Shown: positions 28,137 to 38,632, counted from the stretch's first letter. The stretch: 64,000 nucleotides of DNA from Terriglobia bacterium (GCA_963695545.1 OY968796.1:3008001-3072000); one strand, 5' to 3'. Notes: generated from the letters alone by a model not told the origin. Made by a program: numbers and translations.

Positions 28137-29276
28137 ATGACCATTTTGGGACATGACGCTAAGAGCTCATGGTCTCTGCTGCGTAAAGGAATCGTTGTCT
28201 CCCTGATTTCCGCGGGGTTGATCGTCGCGACCTTGCCCGCGGATCTGGCGGCGTATCCGCAAGACGCCCAGACGCCACCGCAGAGCGCGCCACCTCCAGA
28301 CCAGAGCGCGCAGGCCCCGCCGCCATCCACGCCGCAAACTCCCGAGCAGTTGCAGCAATTGGTAGCGCCGATTGCTCTGTATCCCGATTCGCTCGTGGCG
28401 CAAATCCTGGCGGCAGCCACTTTTCCCGAACAGGTCGTTGAGGCCGATCGCTGGCTCCAAGCGAATCCCAATTTGACCGGCGACGCTTTGGCCAAAGCGG
28501 TCGACCAGCAACCCTGGGATCCGAGCGTCAAGGCGCTCACCGCGTTTCCATCCGTCCTCGCCAACATGGACAAGAATATTTCCTGGACCTCATCGCTGGG
28601 AGACGCTTACTACAATCAACAGCAAGATGTGATGGACGCGGTTCAGGTGATGCGCCAAAAAGCGCAGCAAGCCGGCACTCTAAAAGACACGCAGCAGGAG
28701 ACTGTGCAGACGCAGGGATCGACGATCGACATTGAACCGGCAAATCCCGATGTGGTCTACGTCCCAGAATATGATCCATGGTTGGTTTACGGATATCCAA
28801 TAGCGCCTTGGCCGTATTGGTACGACGAGCCTGGGATCTGGTTCGGCGGCCCCTACATCTCGTGGGGACTTGGATTCAACATCGGCTTCTTCGGCGGGTT
28901 CGGATGGGGCTGGGGACACTGGGGATTCGATTGGCGCGGCGGCTATCCGATCTACGACCATGCCAGGTACTACTCGCACAGCGCGACGTTTTACAACCGC
29001 GGCAGCTACTATCGCGGCGGCGGCCAGCGTGGCGTAAATGCGAATGTGCGCGCTGGAATGGGCAGGTCGGCCGCGCGCGGGTACGGTGACGCTCGCGGCC
29101 AAAGCGGCGTTCGCTCCGGCGCATTCAGCGGGTACGATCGTGGCGGAGCCGTTCGAAGCGAATCGTCACGCGGAAGGTCCAGCTTCGGTGGCGGTGGCGG
29201 CGGAGGATCACGCGGTGGCGGCGGATCTCGTGGAGGCGGTGGCGGATCGCATGGCGGTGGCGGCGGCCGTCACTAA
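28137..29276 (+). CDS. DUF3300 protein with Gly/Arg-rich tail
   Basis: LVAPIALYPDSLVAQIL, WDPSVKAL, VYVPEYDP. Confidence 0.9.
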   Translation: MTILGHDAKSSWSLLRKGIVVSLISAGLIVATLPADLAAYPQDAQTPPQSAPPPDQSAQAPPPSTPQTPEQLQQLVAPIALYPDSLVAQILAAATFPEQVVEADRWLQANPNLTGDALAKAVDQQPWDPSVKALTAFPSVLANMDKNISWTSSLGDAYYNQQQDVMDAVQVMRQKAQQAGTLKDTQQETVQTQGSTIDIEPANPDVVYVPEYDPWLVYGYPIAPWPYWYDEPGIWFGGPYISWGLGFNIGFFGGFGWGWGHWGFDWRGGYPIYDHARYYSHSATFYNRGSYYRGGGQRGVNANVRAGMGRSAARGYGDARGQSGVRSGAFSGYDRGGAVRSESSRGRSSFGGGGGGGSRGGGGSRGGGGGSHGGGGGRH

Positions 29277-29333
29277 TCGCAATTTCCGAATGTTCCAGAC
29301 AGCTTGAGAGATCGAGAAATGGAGAAAAGACAC

Positions 29334-30305
29334 ATGCGGCGAACAAAGCTGAACGCGGAATATTTGCACTGGGGTGACCTTCTGAAATTGGCCACCATCG
29401 CTCTCATTTTGACTTGCTGCACTCCCATGCGTTCGCTGGCGCAGCAAGCCGGCCAGAAAACATTTGCGTCAGCGCAAGAAGCGAGCGCCGCGCTGTTCAC
29501 TGCGGCCCAGAATAACGACGAGCAAGCCATGCTCGCCATTCTCGGCCCCGATGGAAAGCAAATCGTCTCGTCCGGTGATGACACCGAGGACGCCGAGAGC
29601 CGCGCCAACCTCGTTGCCAAATACCAGGAAATGCATCGCTTGATGAAAGAACCCGATGGAACCACCACGCTCTATATCGGCGCGGAGAATTGGCCGATGC
29701 CCATACCGCTCGTGAACAAAGGCGATGTGTGGTACTTCGACACCGCAGCGGGCAAGATGGAGATTTTGTATCGCCGAGTTGGCCGGAATGAGATGTCGAC
29801 CATCGTCGTTTGCCAGGAACTCGTGGCGGCGGAAAAAGAATACCAGGCCACACAGAGCGAATACGCGCAGAGAATTCTCAGCGACGAAGGCACACAGAAT
29901 GGCCTGTATTGGAAAGTTGCGCAGGGCCAACCACAAAGTCCCATCGGGCCGCTCGTCGCTTCGGCCGTCGCGGAAGGTTATCGCAAGGATCAATCCGGCG
30001 CGCCCACTCCGTTCCACGGCTACTATTTCCACATCCTCACGATGCAGGGAGCGCACGCTCATGGCGGCGCTGAAAATTACATTGTGAGCGGCAAGATGAC
30101 CCGCGGTTTTGCTTTCGTGGCCTATCCCGCCGACTACAGATCATCCGGCGTGATGACGTTCGTCGTTGGCGATGATGGAGTCGTCTACCAGAAAGATCTC
30201 GGCAAGGAAACCGGCGTTCTCGCGAAAGAAATGAAGGTTTATAATCCGGATCCCACTTGGCACAAGGCCGAAGATCAGTTGGAAGAATCGGCGAGCGAAC
30301 GGTAA
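29334..30305 (+). CDS. DUF2950 protein
   Basis: WPMPIPLV, RRVGRNE, PFHGYYF, AYPADYRSSGVMTF; usual partner of DUF3300. Confidence 0.9.
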   Translation: MRRTKLNAEYLHWGDLLKLATIALILTCCTPMRSLAQQAGQKTFASAQEASAALFTAAQNNDEQAMLAILGPDGKQIVSSGDDTEDAESRANLVAKYQEMHRLMKEPDGTTTLYIGAENWPMPIPLVNKGDVWYFDTAAGKMEILYRRVGRNEMSTIVVCQELVAAEKEYQATQSEYAQRILSDEGTQNGLYWKVAQGQPQSPIGPLVASAVAEGYRKDQSGAPTPFHGYYFHILTMQGAHAHGGAENYIVSGKMTRGFAFVAYPADYRSSGVMTFVVGDDGVVYQKDLGKETGVLAKEMKVYNPDPTWHKAEDQLEESASER

Positions 30306-30513
30306 ACGAAGTTCCGAGATCTGCTCAATTGCCCGCTGACGCTCGGAAGCGGTCGAGACGGCCGCTGATCGTCCTCGAAACGACGTAAATTACACAGCAA
30401 GCAGTTACCCGCCTTCCCCTAGAGTCCGCCTGGGCGCCGCGCCGCTAAGTCGCGCAATCGAACAATTCCCTCCGTAGCACGAGTCCAGACGCTTCGCCAA
30501 AACATCAAAAACG

Positions 30514-31656
30514 ATGGGAGATGCGGAACAGGATTTACGGCGATGCATTAAAGGGAACCGGCTCGCTATGGGCATGACGCGGTACGGCGGCGAAGAGGGC
30601 ACATACGTCGAGGCGCCTCGGGTGCATGGCGCGGCTGCGCACGGCCGCGAGGTCGCGCGCTGCTGGTTCTTCATCGCACGGTCGTTGGCGATCGAAATCC
30701 TCGAACCGTGCGGCGCATTTGAGTGGGTCGCTCTGTTCTATCTCGGGGTCAGCGGCGCCCTGATGCTTATTTTTCACCAGAATCTCGCGCACGCCGCATT
30801 GCACATCACCGCGCATTTCGCCGTCATGGCCGGGATTCTGCTGATCGTGAATGTCGCGGATCGCTTCGGCGGCTACGGCCTTTCGCGTGCTCGATTTGCC
30901 CCGACGTTTCGTTGGATCCGCAATTGGTATCCGCAACTTGTCTTTCTTTTTTGCTTCGAGGAACTCGCAATCCTCGTTCATCTGATTTTTCCGGCGTGGC
31001 GGGATTCCATTCTGATTGCGTTCGACCACCGCCTCACGGGCGTCTATCCCGCAGTGTGGCTCGCGCAGTATTCAAGCTTCTGGCTCAACGAGACGATGCA
31101 AGTCGCCTACATCAGCTACTTCCTGTTCCTCACGATCGTTGGAGCTTCCATTTATCACCGTCGCCGCGTCCACTCGGACGCCTCGCACTCGGCCGATCCG
31201 TTCGGAGCCGACGCATTGCGCGCATTCTGGACGCTGATGACCGCTTCGATCGTGGCCTACTCCATCGGCTATTTGATTTCGATTTTCTTTCCCGTGGAAG
31301 CGCCGTTCTTCGCCATGCGCTCATTCCATTTGGCGCCGCTCAGTGGCGGCCCCGCCACGCGTCTGATCAATTTCATCGAAGGCTGGGGGCGCGTGCGTGG
31401 CGGCGCGTTTCCGTCGGCGCATGTCTCGGGGTCGTTCGTCGCGCTGATTGGCGCGTGGCGCTACCGCCGCTATTTGTTCTGGGTGTTTCTCCCATTCTTC
31501 ATCGCGATGTGCGTCTCCACAGTTTATTGCCGATACCACTACATGGCCGACGTGTTTGCCGGACTCCTCGTTGGGGCGGTTGGTTTCCTTCTTGCTGACC
31601 GGCTCATGGCCGTCCCCGGCGCGAATCCCGCTGAGCGCGCCAGCCTTCAAAGCTGA
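30514..31656 (+). CDS. PAP2-superfamily membrane phosphatase/phosphotransferase (start uncertain)
   Basis: AFPSAH and STVYCRYHYMAD motifs; multiple TM segments. Confidence 0.8.
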   Translation: MGDAEQDLRRCIKGNRLAMGMTRYGGEEGTYVEAPRVHGAAAHGREVARCWFFIARSLAIEILEPCGAFEWVALFYLGVSGALMLIFHQNLAHAALHITAHFAVMAGILLIVNVADRFGGYGLSRARFAPTFRWIRNWYPQLVFLFCFEELAILVHLIFPAWRDSILIAFDHRLTGVYPAVWLAQYSSFWLNETMQVAYISYFLFLTIVGASIYHRRRVHSDASHSADPFGADALRAFWTLMTASIVAYSIGYLISIFFPVEAPFFAMRSFHLAPLSGGPATRLINFIEGWGRVRGGAFPSAHVSGSFVALIGAWRYRRYLFWVFLPFFIAMCVSTVYCRYHYMADVFAGLLVGAVGFLLADRLMAVPGANPAERASLQS

Positions 31657-31794
31657 GCGCAGCTCCGCCGTAAATATGCACTCAAAAGTTGGAAAGATAG
31701 CGCTCGCCGTTTACACTGATCGCCAAGAGTCGACCGCGTGCGCCGCGTCATCGCGCCTCATGCGCGAACGGTGAGTTTGGCTCGGAGAAACGTG

Positions 31795-32457
31795 ATGGTT
31801 GAAGCGGCAAAAAGTCTATTCCTGTTTGTCAGCGCGTTGTTTCCGATCGTCGACCCGCTCGGAGGAAGCCCCATCTTCCTGGCTATGACCAGACAATACT
31901 CACCGGGTTCGCGCAGGGCCCTGTCCTGGCGGATTGCCATAAATAGTTTTTTCTTGCTGGTGGGATCGTACTTCATCGGAAATCATGTGCTTTCTTTCTT
32001 TGGGATTTCGATTCCCGTGGTCCAGGTGGGCGGCGGATTGGTTGTCATTTCCACTGGCTGGACGCTGCTGAAGCAGGGCGCTGACGTGGGACAGCAGGAA
32101 GTGAAGCGCGACATTCACGCGAATGATCCATTCAGCAACGCCTTTTATCCGCTGACGATGCCGCTCACGGTGGGGCCGGGATCGATCTCCGTGGCGATCA
32201 CTCTGGGAGCGAATGCTCCGCCACATTCCGTGTTCAGCCTCGTGAGCATCCTGGTGGCTATCGTCGGCTCCGTTCTGCTCGCGGTCAGCATTTTTCTCTG
32301 CTACGGATTCGCGGACCGTCTGGGGCACGTGCTGGGAACGACCGGTATGACCGTCATCATGCAACTCGCGTCGTTTCTACTCGTGTGCATCGGCGTGCAG
32401 ATTCTCTGGAGAGGCGCGAGCGCGCTCTTGTCCTCACTGCCTCTGCACGCCCATTGA
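31795..32457 (+). CDS. MarC family membrane protein
   Basis: LFPIVDPLG, YPLTMPLTVGPGSIS. Confidence 0.9.
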   Translation: MVEAAKSLFLFVSALFPIVDPLGGSPIFLAMTRQYSPGSRRALSWRIAINSFFLLVGSYFIGNHVLSFFGISIPVVQVGGGLVVISTGWTLLKQGADVGQQEVKRDIHANDPFSNAFYPLTMPLTVGPGSISVAITLGANAPPHSVFSLVSILVAIVGSVLLAVSIFLCYGFADRLGHVLGTTGMTVIMQLASFLLVCIGVQILWRGASALLSSLPLHAH

Positions 32458-32473
32458 GCGAAGCTTCGCGGCA

Positions 32474-32866
32474 TCACGCCATGTACAGTTCCCAACTGAT
32501 GCCATCGGGATCCTTGAACGCCACGTAGTCCTTGTCGAGCGTCGGGTCGCGCTTCACGCCGGTGTTCTCGATACCGGCGCTCGAGAGCGCGGATGCCACG
32601 CGGCGAAGCTCGGCTTCGTCGGCGCAGGCCAGCGCGATGTGATCGAGTCCTACGCGGAATGGCGAAAAGCGATCGCCTGGAGATGTTTGGGCGTCCGGCG
32701 CGCGCACGCCAATCGCAGCCGATCCGGCCAGGAAAATAAATAGATCCGGAACTTCCCTAATCACGCTGAATCCCAACGTGTCGGCGTAGAACCGCTTCGA
32801 CCGCTCGAAATTTGCTGACCGCAACGCGATGTGATGAATTCCCGGAGTCTTCGGGCTGATCGCCAT
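32474..32866 (-). CDS. VOC family protein
   Basis: GIHHIALR, GLDHIALA, FKDPDGISWE. Confidence 0.88.
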   Translation of the reverse strand: MAISPKTPGIHHIALRSANFERSKRFYADTLGFSVIREVPDLFIFLAGSAAIGVRAPDAQTSPGDRFSPFRVGLDHIALACADEAELRRVASALSSAGIENTGVKRDPTLDKDYVAFKDPDGISWELYMA

Positions 32867-32940
32867 TTGTTCCTCCCGCGAGATTTCTGATTTTAGCTTC
32901 GAGCGCTCGGCTTTATCGGCGCACGGCGCGCCGAGCACGA

Positions 32941-33363
32941 CTAGCCGGCTCTGAGAGATCGTAGCAGCCCGACGCCGAGCGTTACGACAGAAATTGCCAG
33001 CGAAAACGCGCCGGCGTAAATCAACGACACGAGACCGTTGGGCTTATTCGCGTCGGGCGAAGCTACGGAGAGAAAGAAGCCCAAAGGCAAAAGAATCGCG
33101 GCCGCCGGTACACCGACCCGCGCGACCCACACGAGCCAATCGGGAAGCGCGGCAGCGTCCGCGAGCATCTGGCATACCAGCGCCAGAATTATGAATACGC
33201 CCGCGTGCGCATGACCCGCGCGAAAGAAATTCTGCCGCAACGGATTGTCCATGTAGCGGCTCTTTCCGTTCATCAGCGACGTGAGCAGAAAATATCCGCC
33301 ATATTGAATCGAAGGCACAGTGATAAGAATTACGCCGCACATCAATCTGGCTTCTGGCGTCAT
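32941..33363 (-). CDS. Hypothetical 4-TM membrane protein
   Basis: FFRAGHAHAGV motif; RBS AGGAGG. Confidence 0.7.
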   Translation of the reverse strand: MTPEARLMCGVILITVPSIQYGGYFLLTSLMNGKSRYMDNPLRQNFFRAGHAHAGVFIILALVCQMLADAAALPDWLVWVARVGVPAAAILLPLGFFLSVASPDANKPNGLVSLIYAGAFSLAISVVTLGVGLLRSLRAG

Positions 33364-33613
33364 CGTTCCTCCTGAATGTCATGTCAACGCATCTGGTATT
33401 CTTTCTGAGTGATCTGCATCCGCCCGGATCGACCCCGCGTTCTGGTTCAGGCGCAGAATGTTACAGCATCACCAAGAGCGGCGAAAACGCTCATGGGTGC
33501 AATTCATTGCTTGAAACGAGCACGCCCATCCGTTCGTTGCAGTTCAGTTTTCCCGCGTTCCGTGTTACTGTTTCTGTGGAAGCGGGAATTTTAGCAATCA
33601 CGGAGCGTCGACC

Positions 33614-33691
33614 ATGGAATGGACCACGCCGGATCATGAAGAGATCTGCTTGAGTTGCGAAATCAGTTCCTACGCGAACGCCGAACTCTAG
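33614..33691 (+). CDS. pqqA: PQQ precursor peptide PqqA (MEWTTPDHEEICLSCEISSYANAEL)
   Basis: Manual translation; W-x-x-P start and E-x-x-x-Y (EISSY) core; 12 bp upstream of pqqB; RBS GGAG. Confidence 0.92.
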   Translation: MEWTTPDHEEICLSCEISSYANAEL

Positions 33692-33703
33692 TCCTGAGGA
33701 CGA

Positions 33704-34636
33704 ATGCGCGTCACGATCCTCGGCTCCGCGGCCGGGGGAGGCTTTCCGCAGTGGAATTGCGCCTGCCGCAATTGTTCTCGCCTAAGAGCGGGCGATCCCC
33801 ATTTTCGACCGCGAACGCAGGCGCAGTTGGCGGTGCGCTTCGCCGACGGTCAATCGATTCTTCTGAACGCTTCTCCTGACCTGCGAACGCAAATTGTTTC
33901 CGCCCCGTTTCTCGCTCCGGCTAAAATCCCGCGCGACTCTCCGATATCGGGTGTGGTTCTGACGAGCGCGGACGTCGATTGCGTCATCGGTTTGCTGCAT
34001 CTGCGCGAATCGCATCCGCTGCATGTTTACGCCATGCCGTCGGTCCGCCGCGCCCTGCAGGAGGAAAATCATATTTTTCGCGTGCTCGACCGCGCGACGC
34101 CCCCGGCCGTATGGCACGACATTCCACGCGACACTTGGTTTCCGCTGGAGACGATTCGCGCGAAAAGCGGAGAATCTGCGCCGCTCTGCCGCGCCATCCC
34201 GCTGGGTGGGGCCTATCCGGACTTTGTGAGCGAGGGGCTGCGCTCGTTGCTCCCGCGGGACGAAGCTGTAGTCGGAATCGTTGTAGCCGAAGGAGGCAAG
34301 CAGCTTGTTTACGCGCCCTCGATACCGCGCGCTTCAGATGAATTGAAAAGGTGGACTCAATCGAGCGATCTTTGTCTGCTCGACGGAACGTTCTGGAAAG
34401 ACGATGAAATGATATCCGCTGGCGTGGGATCGAAGACGGCGCGCGAAATCGGACATTTGCCGCTGTCCGCGGCGGATGGATTGCTCGCGACGCGCGAAAT
34501 CGCAGCGCGCGGCCGGCGTGTGCTGATTCATATAAACAATACGAATCGGATCCTCGATGACGAAAGTCCCGAACACCACGAAGCGGGGCGAGCGGGTTGG
34601 GAAATTGCGTATGATGATATGGAATTTGAGCTGTGA
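33704..34636 (+). CDS. pqqB: PQQ biosynthesis protein PqqB
   Basis: LGSAAGGGFPQWNCAC, LNASPDLR, DGTFW, IHINNTN. Confidence 0.95.
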   Translation: MRVTILGSAAGGGFPQWNCACRNCSRLRAGDPHFRPRTQAQLAVRFADGQSILLNASPDLRTQIVSAPFLAPAKIPRDSPISGVVLTSADVDCVIGLLHLRESHPLHVYAMPSVRRALQEENHIFRVLDRATPPAVWHDIPRDTWFPLETIRAKSGESAPLCRAIPLGGAYPDFVSEGLRSLLPRDEAVVGIVVAEGGKQLVYAPSIPRASDELKRWTQSSDLCLLDGTFWKDDEMISAGVGSKTAREIGHLPLSAADGLLATREIAARGRRVLIHINNTNRILDDESPEHHEAGRAGWEIAYDDMEFEL

Positions 34637-34643
34637 ATCGCAA

Positions 34644-35414
34644 ATGACATCCGCTCCGCTTTCCAGTGCAGACTTCATCGCGAGTCTTCGCGCGATCGGC
34701 GACGAGCGCTATCACCACAAGCACCCGTTTCATCTGCGCATGCACGAAGGCAAACTCACGCGCGGGCAGTTGCAAGCGTGGGCGCTCAATCGCTTTTACT
34801 ACCAGAGCCGAATCCCGATAAAAGACGCGGTGATTCTGGCACGCGCGGAGGATGCGGAATTCCGGCGCGCATGGCGCAAGCGAATACTGGATCACGATGG
34901 CGACGGAGCGCGGCCGGGCGGAATTGAGAAGTGGCTGCGCCTCGTTGAGGCCACCGGACTTTCGCGCGACGAAGCCATCGACGGCGAAGGCATTTTGCCG
35001 GCCACGCGCTACGCGGTGCAGGCATACATCGATTTGGTTTCTACGCGCTCGCTCCTGGAAGCTGTGGCTTCCTCGCTCACGGAAATGTTCTCCGGTTCGC
35101 TTATCGCTCTGCGCATGGACGCGCTGCGGAAGCATTATCCGTGGCTCTCCGGCGGACTTGATTATTTCACCGGGCGGCTCACGCAGGCGCCGGAGGACGC
35201 GGAGTTCGCACTCGCGTGGGTCGTGAAGCATGCCGCCACGCGCACCGAACAAGAGGATGCACAAGCGGCGCTGCGAGCGAAATGCGACATTCTTTGGGCG
35301 CAACTCGATGCATTGTATTTCGCGTACGTCGAGCCGGCGTGGCCGCCGCCGGGAGCATTCGTGCCGGCGGATTTCAAATCGGAGGCGCATCGTGGCGCTG
35401 CCGGAGCCGACTAG
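34644..35414 (+). CDS. pqqC: Pyrroloquinoline-quinone synthase PqqC
   Basis: YHHKHPFH, WALNRFYYQSRIPIKDA, SSLTEMF, KCDILWAQLDAL. Confidence 0.95.
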   Translation: MTSAPLSSADFIASLRAIGDERYHHKHPFHLRMHEGKLTRGQLQAWALNRFYYQSRIPIKDAVILARAEDAEFRRAWRKRILDHDGDGARPGGIEKWLRLVEATGLSRDEAIDGEGILPATRYAVQAYIDLVSTRSLLEAVASSLTEMFSGSLIALRMDALRKHYPWLSGGLDYFTGRLTQAPEDAEFALAWVVKHAATRTEQEDAQAALRAKCDILWAQLDALYFAYVEPAWPPPGAFVPADFKSEAHRGAAGAD

Positions 35415-35706
35415 CCGTCCGCGACTCGCGGTGGGCTGCCGCCTGAACGACAAAAGCCAGCCGCAACGCGTTCTGTTGATGCCGGAGCGCGCGCTGCGCG
35501 TGAGCGGGCCGAGCCTTGAGATTATCTCGCGCTGCGACGGCGAGCATACCGTTCAGCAGATCGTCGCGGCGCTGCAAAAACTTTATTCCAAGGCCGATCC
35601 GCAGAAAGTCGAGAAAGACATCCTCGAATATCTCGAGCGGCTCGCTCGAGAGAACGCGATCGAGATCGCGCCGGGCGAGACGCACGCGAGGGGCGAAGCG
35701 CGATGA
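35392..35706 (+). CDS. pqqD: PqqD peptide chaperone
   Basis: RPRLA...VLLMPERAL...EIISRCDG; GGAGG before GTG 35392; position in the cluster. Confidence 0.9.
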   Translation: MALPEPTSRPRLAVGCRLNDKSQPQRVLLMPERALRVSGPSLEIISRCDGEHTVQQIVAALQKLYSKADPQKVEKDILEYLERLARENAIEIAPGETHARGEAR

Positions 35707-36821
35707 GCTCCGGTACCGCAGCTCCTCTCGCGCTGATCGCCGAGCTGACGCATCGCTGTCCGCTGCACTGCGTCTATTGCTCGAATCCACTGGAGCTGAC
35801 GCGGCGCGCTGACGAGCTCTCGACGGACATTTGGGCGCGCGTATTGCGTGAAGCGGGCGAAGCAGGCGTGCTCCAAGTTGATTTCACGGGTGGGGAACCG
35901 CTCGCGCGCACGGATCTTATCGATCTGGTGCGTGCTGCGCGGGCCGCGGGACTCTATGTGAACCTGATTACTTCGGGGCTTCCGCTCGACGAAGCGCGCC
36001 TTGACGATCTCGTCGCGGCGGGCCTCGATCACATTCAACTGAGCTTTCAGGGCGCGGAAGAAGAATGCGCGAACGAAATTTCCGGCACGACGACGCACGC
36101 GCAGAAACTGCGCGTCCTCGAATGGTTTGCGCGGCGGCGCGTAGCGGTCACGCTGAATTTTGTGATTCACAGGCGCAACATCGATCAGCTCGAAGAAATG
36201 CTGGCGCTCGGCGAATCTTCCGGCGCGGGCCGCATCGAATTCGCGAATGTGCAGTATTACGGCTGGGCTTTCGAGAATCGCGCGGAGCTTTTGCCCACGC
36301 GCGAGCAGGTCGACCGCTCCGTTGACATTTTGAAGCGCGCCGAAGCGCGGCTGCGCGGGAGGATGCGCATCGAATTCGTGGCGCCCGATTACTACGCGAA
36401 ATATCCGAAGGCCTGCATGGGCGGTTGGGGACGCAAATTCATGCTGATTGCGCCGAACGGAGATGCGCTGCCGTGCCACGCGGCGAAGGTGATTCCGGGA
36501 TTGGGATTCGACAATGTGCGGGAACGGAGCGTTGGCGAGATTTGGGAAAAGTCCGAGGCGTTTCGGAAATATCGCGGCGAAGCGTGGATGCCGGATCCGT
36601 GCAGGAGTTGCGATCGCCGCGCGCAGGATTTCGGCGGTTGCCGCTGCCAGGCGTTTCTGCTCGCGGGCGACGCGGCGGTTACGGATCCGGTGTGCAGTTT
36701 TAGCCCGCAACGCGGGAACGTGGACGCGGTGCTTGCCGAGGTAGAACGCGCAACGTCGCAAGCTGCCGTGGCGGAATCGTTCGCGAAAACGGACTGGGTG
36801 TATCGATTGAATCCCGCCTAA
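35703..36821 (+). CDS. pqqE: Radical SAM peptide cyclase PqqE
   Basis: ELTHRCPLHCVYCSNP, QYYGWA, CMGGWG, GGCRCQA. Confidence 0.96.
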   Translation: MSSGTAAPLALIAELTHRCPLHCVYCSNPLELTRRADELSTDIWARVLREAGEAGVLQVDFTGGEPLARTDLIDLVRAARAAGLYVNLITSGLPLDEARLDDLVAAGLDHIQLSFQGAEEECANEISGTTTHAQKLRVLEWFARRRVAVTLNFVIHRRNIDQLEEMLALGESSGAGRIEFANVQYYGWAFENRAELLPTREQVDRSVDILKRAEARLRGRMRIEFVAPDYYAKYPKACMGGWGRKFMLIAPNGDALPCHAAKVIPGLGFDNVRERSVGEIWEKSEAFRKYRGEAWMPDPCRSCDRRAQDFGGCRCQAFLLAGDAAVTDPVCSFSPQRGNVDAVLAEVERATSQAAVAESFAKTDWVYRLNPA

Positions 36822-37004
36822 GATTTTGCTGACGTTTCGCGTTGACATGCATTGAAATTGGTCACAACACAAAAAGTGCGCCGGGCGTTCGCTTTCTCCC
36901 CGTGCTCTAATACAGTTAACAGCGTATAGACGCTCATTCCGACGGTCGATAGGATCGCAAGCGGGTCCGACGGAGCGAGCGGCGGCAGCGCGAGGCGGTG
37001 TGCG

Positions 37005-37700
37005 ATGAATAGAGTTCGTAAATTTCAAATCGCGGCGATTGCTGGAATCGCATTGGCGCTCGCGGGCGTTTTGCTGGCGCAGAGTGGGGCGGGTAAACAA
37101 TTGGTGGTCAACGGAAAAACCACCAACGCGGCGGTGCTGCAGATGGATGGGCACTCGTACGTGGACATCGATGCTCTCGCACAGATCATGGACGGGTCCG
37201 TCACAATCGGAGCGAATCAAGTGGTGTTGACGATACCGAGTGCAAACTCGAATTCGGGCGCCAGCCCGAGCGCTGAACCCGCGCCGCAGGCCGCGCCGGG
37301 CCTTTCGAGAAATTTCGCGAGCGCGGCAATCTCCGCCGTGGCCGAAATGAGGGAGTGGACGGGGGCGATCGGGACGATGGTTACTTATGGGATGGCGGCT
37401 AATCCGGCGTGGGCTCAGTCGTATCACGACGAAGTGCAGACCAGCCTTTCGCAAGCAGCCGTGGCGGCGTCGACAGAGGCCGATCGCGACGCTCTGCGGT
37501 TGCTGAACAATCAATTCACGCAACTGGCGGCGTGGGCCAGCGGCGTGATTGCCGAACGTCAATCTCTCAATGCGGCCAGGACGATGGATCCGAACGCGCT
37601 GCAGAACGATGCGGCGCTGGCAAAGATCACGGCGTGCGGCAGATTTCTGAATTCGATGCTGGTCAGCGGAAGTTTTGCCGACAATTCGACTTGCGATTAA
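37005..37700 (+). CDS. Secreted hypothetical protein
   Basis: Signal peptide; 231-aa ORF. Confidence 0.65.
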   Translation: MNRVRKFQIAAIAGIALALAGVLLAQSGAGKQLVVNGKTTNAAVLQMDGHSYVDIDALAQIMDGSVTIGANQVVLTIPSANSNSGASPSAEPAPQAAPGLSRNFASAAISAVAEMREWTGAIGTMVTYGMAANPAWAQSYHDEVQTSLSQAAVAASTEADRDALRLLNNQFTQLAAWASGVIAERQSLNAARTMDPNALQNDAALAKITACGRFLNSMLVSGSFADNSTCD

Positions 37701-37785
37701 CCGCGGCTTTCCGCAAAGTTCCGCGCGTCGCTCCCTTAGAACTTCCTCGGGTGAAATTCGCGCGGACTTAGACGCAAAAAACCTC

Positions 37786-38232
37786 TTAGTGGCTCGACGG
37801 AATGCGCACGACCTCCACGGAACAATGAGCGTGGTGGACGATGGCGTCTGAGACGCTGCCCATCAAGAAGCGATCGAAGGCGTTGTGGCCGTGCGATCCG
37901 ACGACGATCAAATCGGCGTGCCAGGCTTTCGAGGCGTCGATGATCGCGGATTTGGGATATCCCGGCTCGACGGTTGTGGTTACCTTCATGCCGTGAGAGC
38001 GAAGCGTTTCGGCGGTCTTCTCAACAAGCTTGTGTGCCTGCGCGGTTTCGGTGGTCCAAACGGTCTCGAGCGCCGGATCGTAACCGCCCATCTCGCGCCC
38101 GACGAGCAGCGTGGGCGGCTCGACGACGTGGATGACGCGCACTTCGGTCTCGGCGGGATGGGCTTGAGCGATCACGGCCTGGACCGCAGCTTCGGAAAAT
38201 TTGGAGCCATCGACCGCGAGCAGTATTTTCAT
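37786..38232 (-). CDS. Universal stress protein
   Basis: MKILLAVDGS...ADLIVVGSHG...FLMGSVSDAIVHHAHCSV; RBS GGAGG. Confidence 0.93.
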   Translation of the reverse strand: MKILLAVDGSKFSEAAVQAVIAQAHPAETEVRVIHVVEPPTLLVGREMGGYDPALETVWTTETAQAHKLVEKTAETLRSHGMKVTTTVEPGYPKSAIIDASKAWHADLIVVGSHGHNAFDRFLMGSVSDAIVHHAHCSVEVVRIPSSH

Positions 38233-38320
38233 GTTGCGCACCTCCGAAAGGTATCGTACTACGCGCGCTGTTCGCGGCACCATCGCGGGGCGGTAGATTC
38301 CGGCGTGACCCCGGGGGGGG

Positions 38321-38632
38321 GTACACCCCCGGGTATGTTTTGCGTAAGAGCGACAGCCAAAGGACTTGCAGGAAAAGAGTGACAAAGAGTGCGGAAGAGA
38401 TTGAGAACAATAGATTTGCAGGCGTTTATTTTCAATGAGATGCGCACTCTCTTGAGGGAGTGCGGATCGAATTGAAAATGAATGGGTTATGGGGGCGGGA
38501 TTTACGTCGTAGGTGACGAACGAAATCGGATTGAGCGCCGGCGCGACGCCGGGAAAAGTGGGGTAGACGAACAATTCGAATTGATTGGCGGCGAACATGA
38601 ACCAGCATAGCATTAGTTCAATTATGTGTCAA
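38321..38632 (-). repeat. Dispersed intergenic element, copy B
   Basis: TACACCCCCGGGTATGTTTTGCGTAAG end motif; AAAGAGTGCG/CGCACTCTCT inverted repeat; TTGACA-N17-TATGCT with TG extension on the minus strand. Confidence 0.75.
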
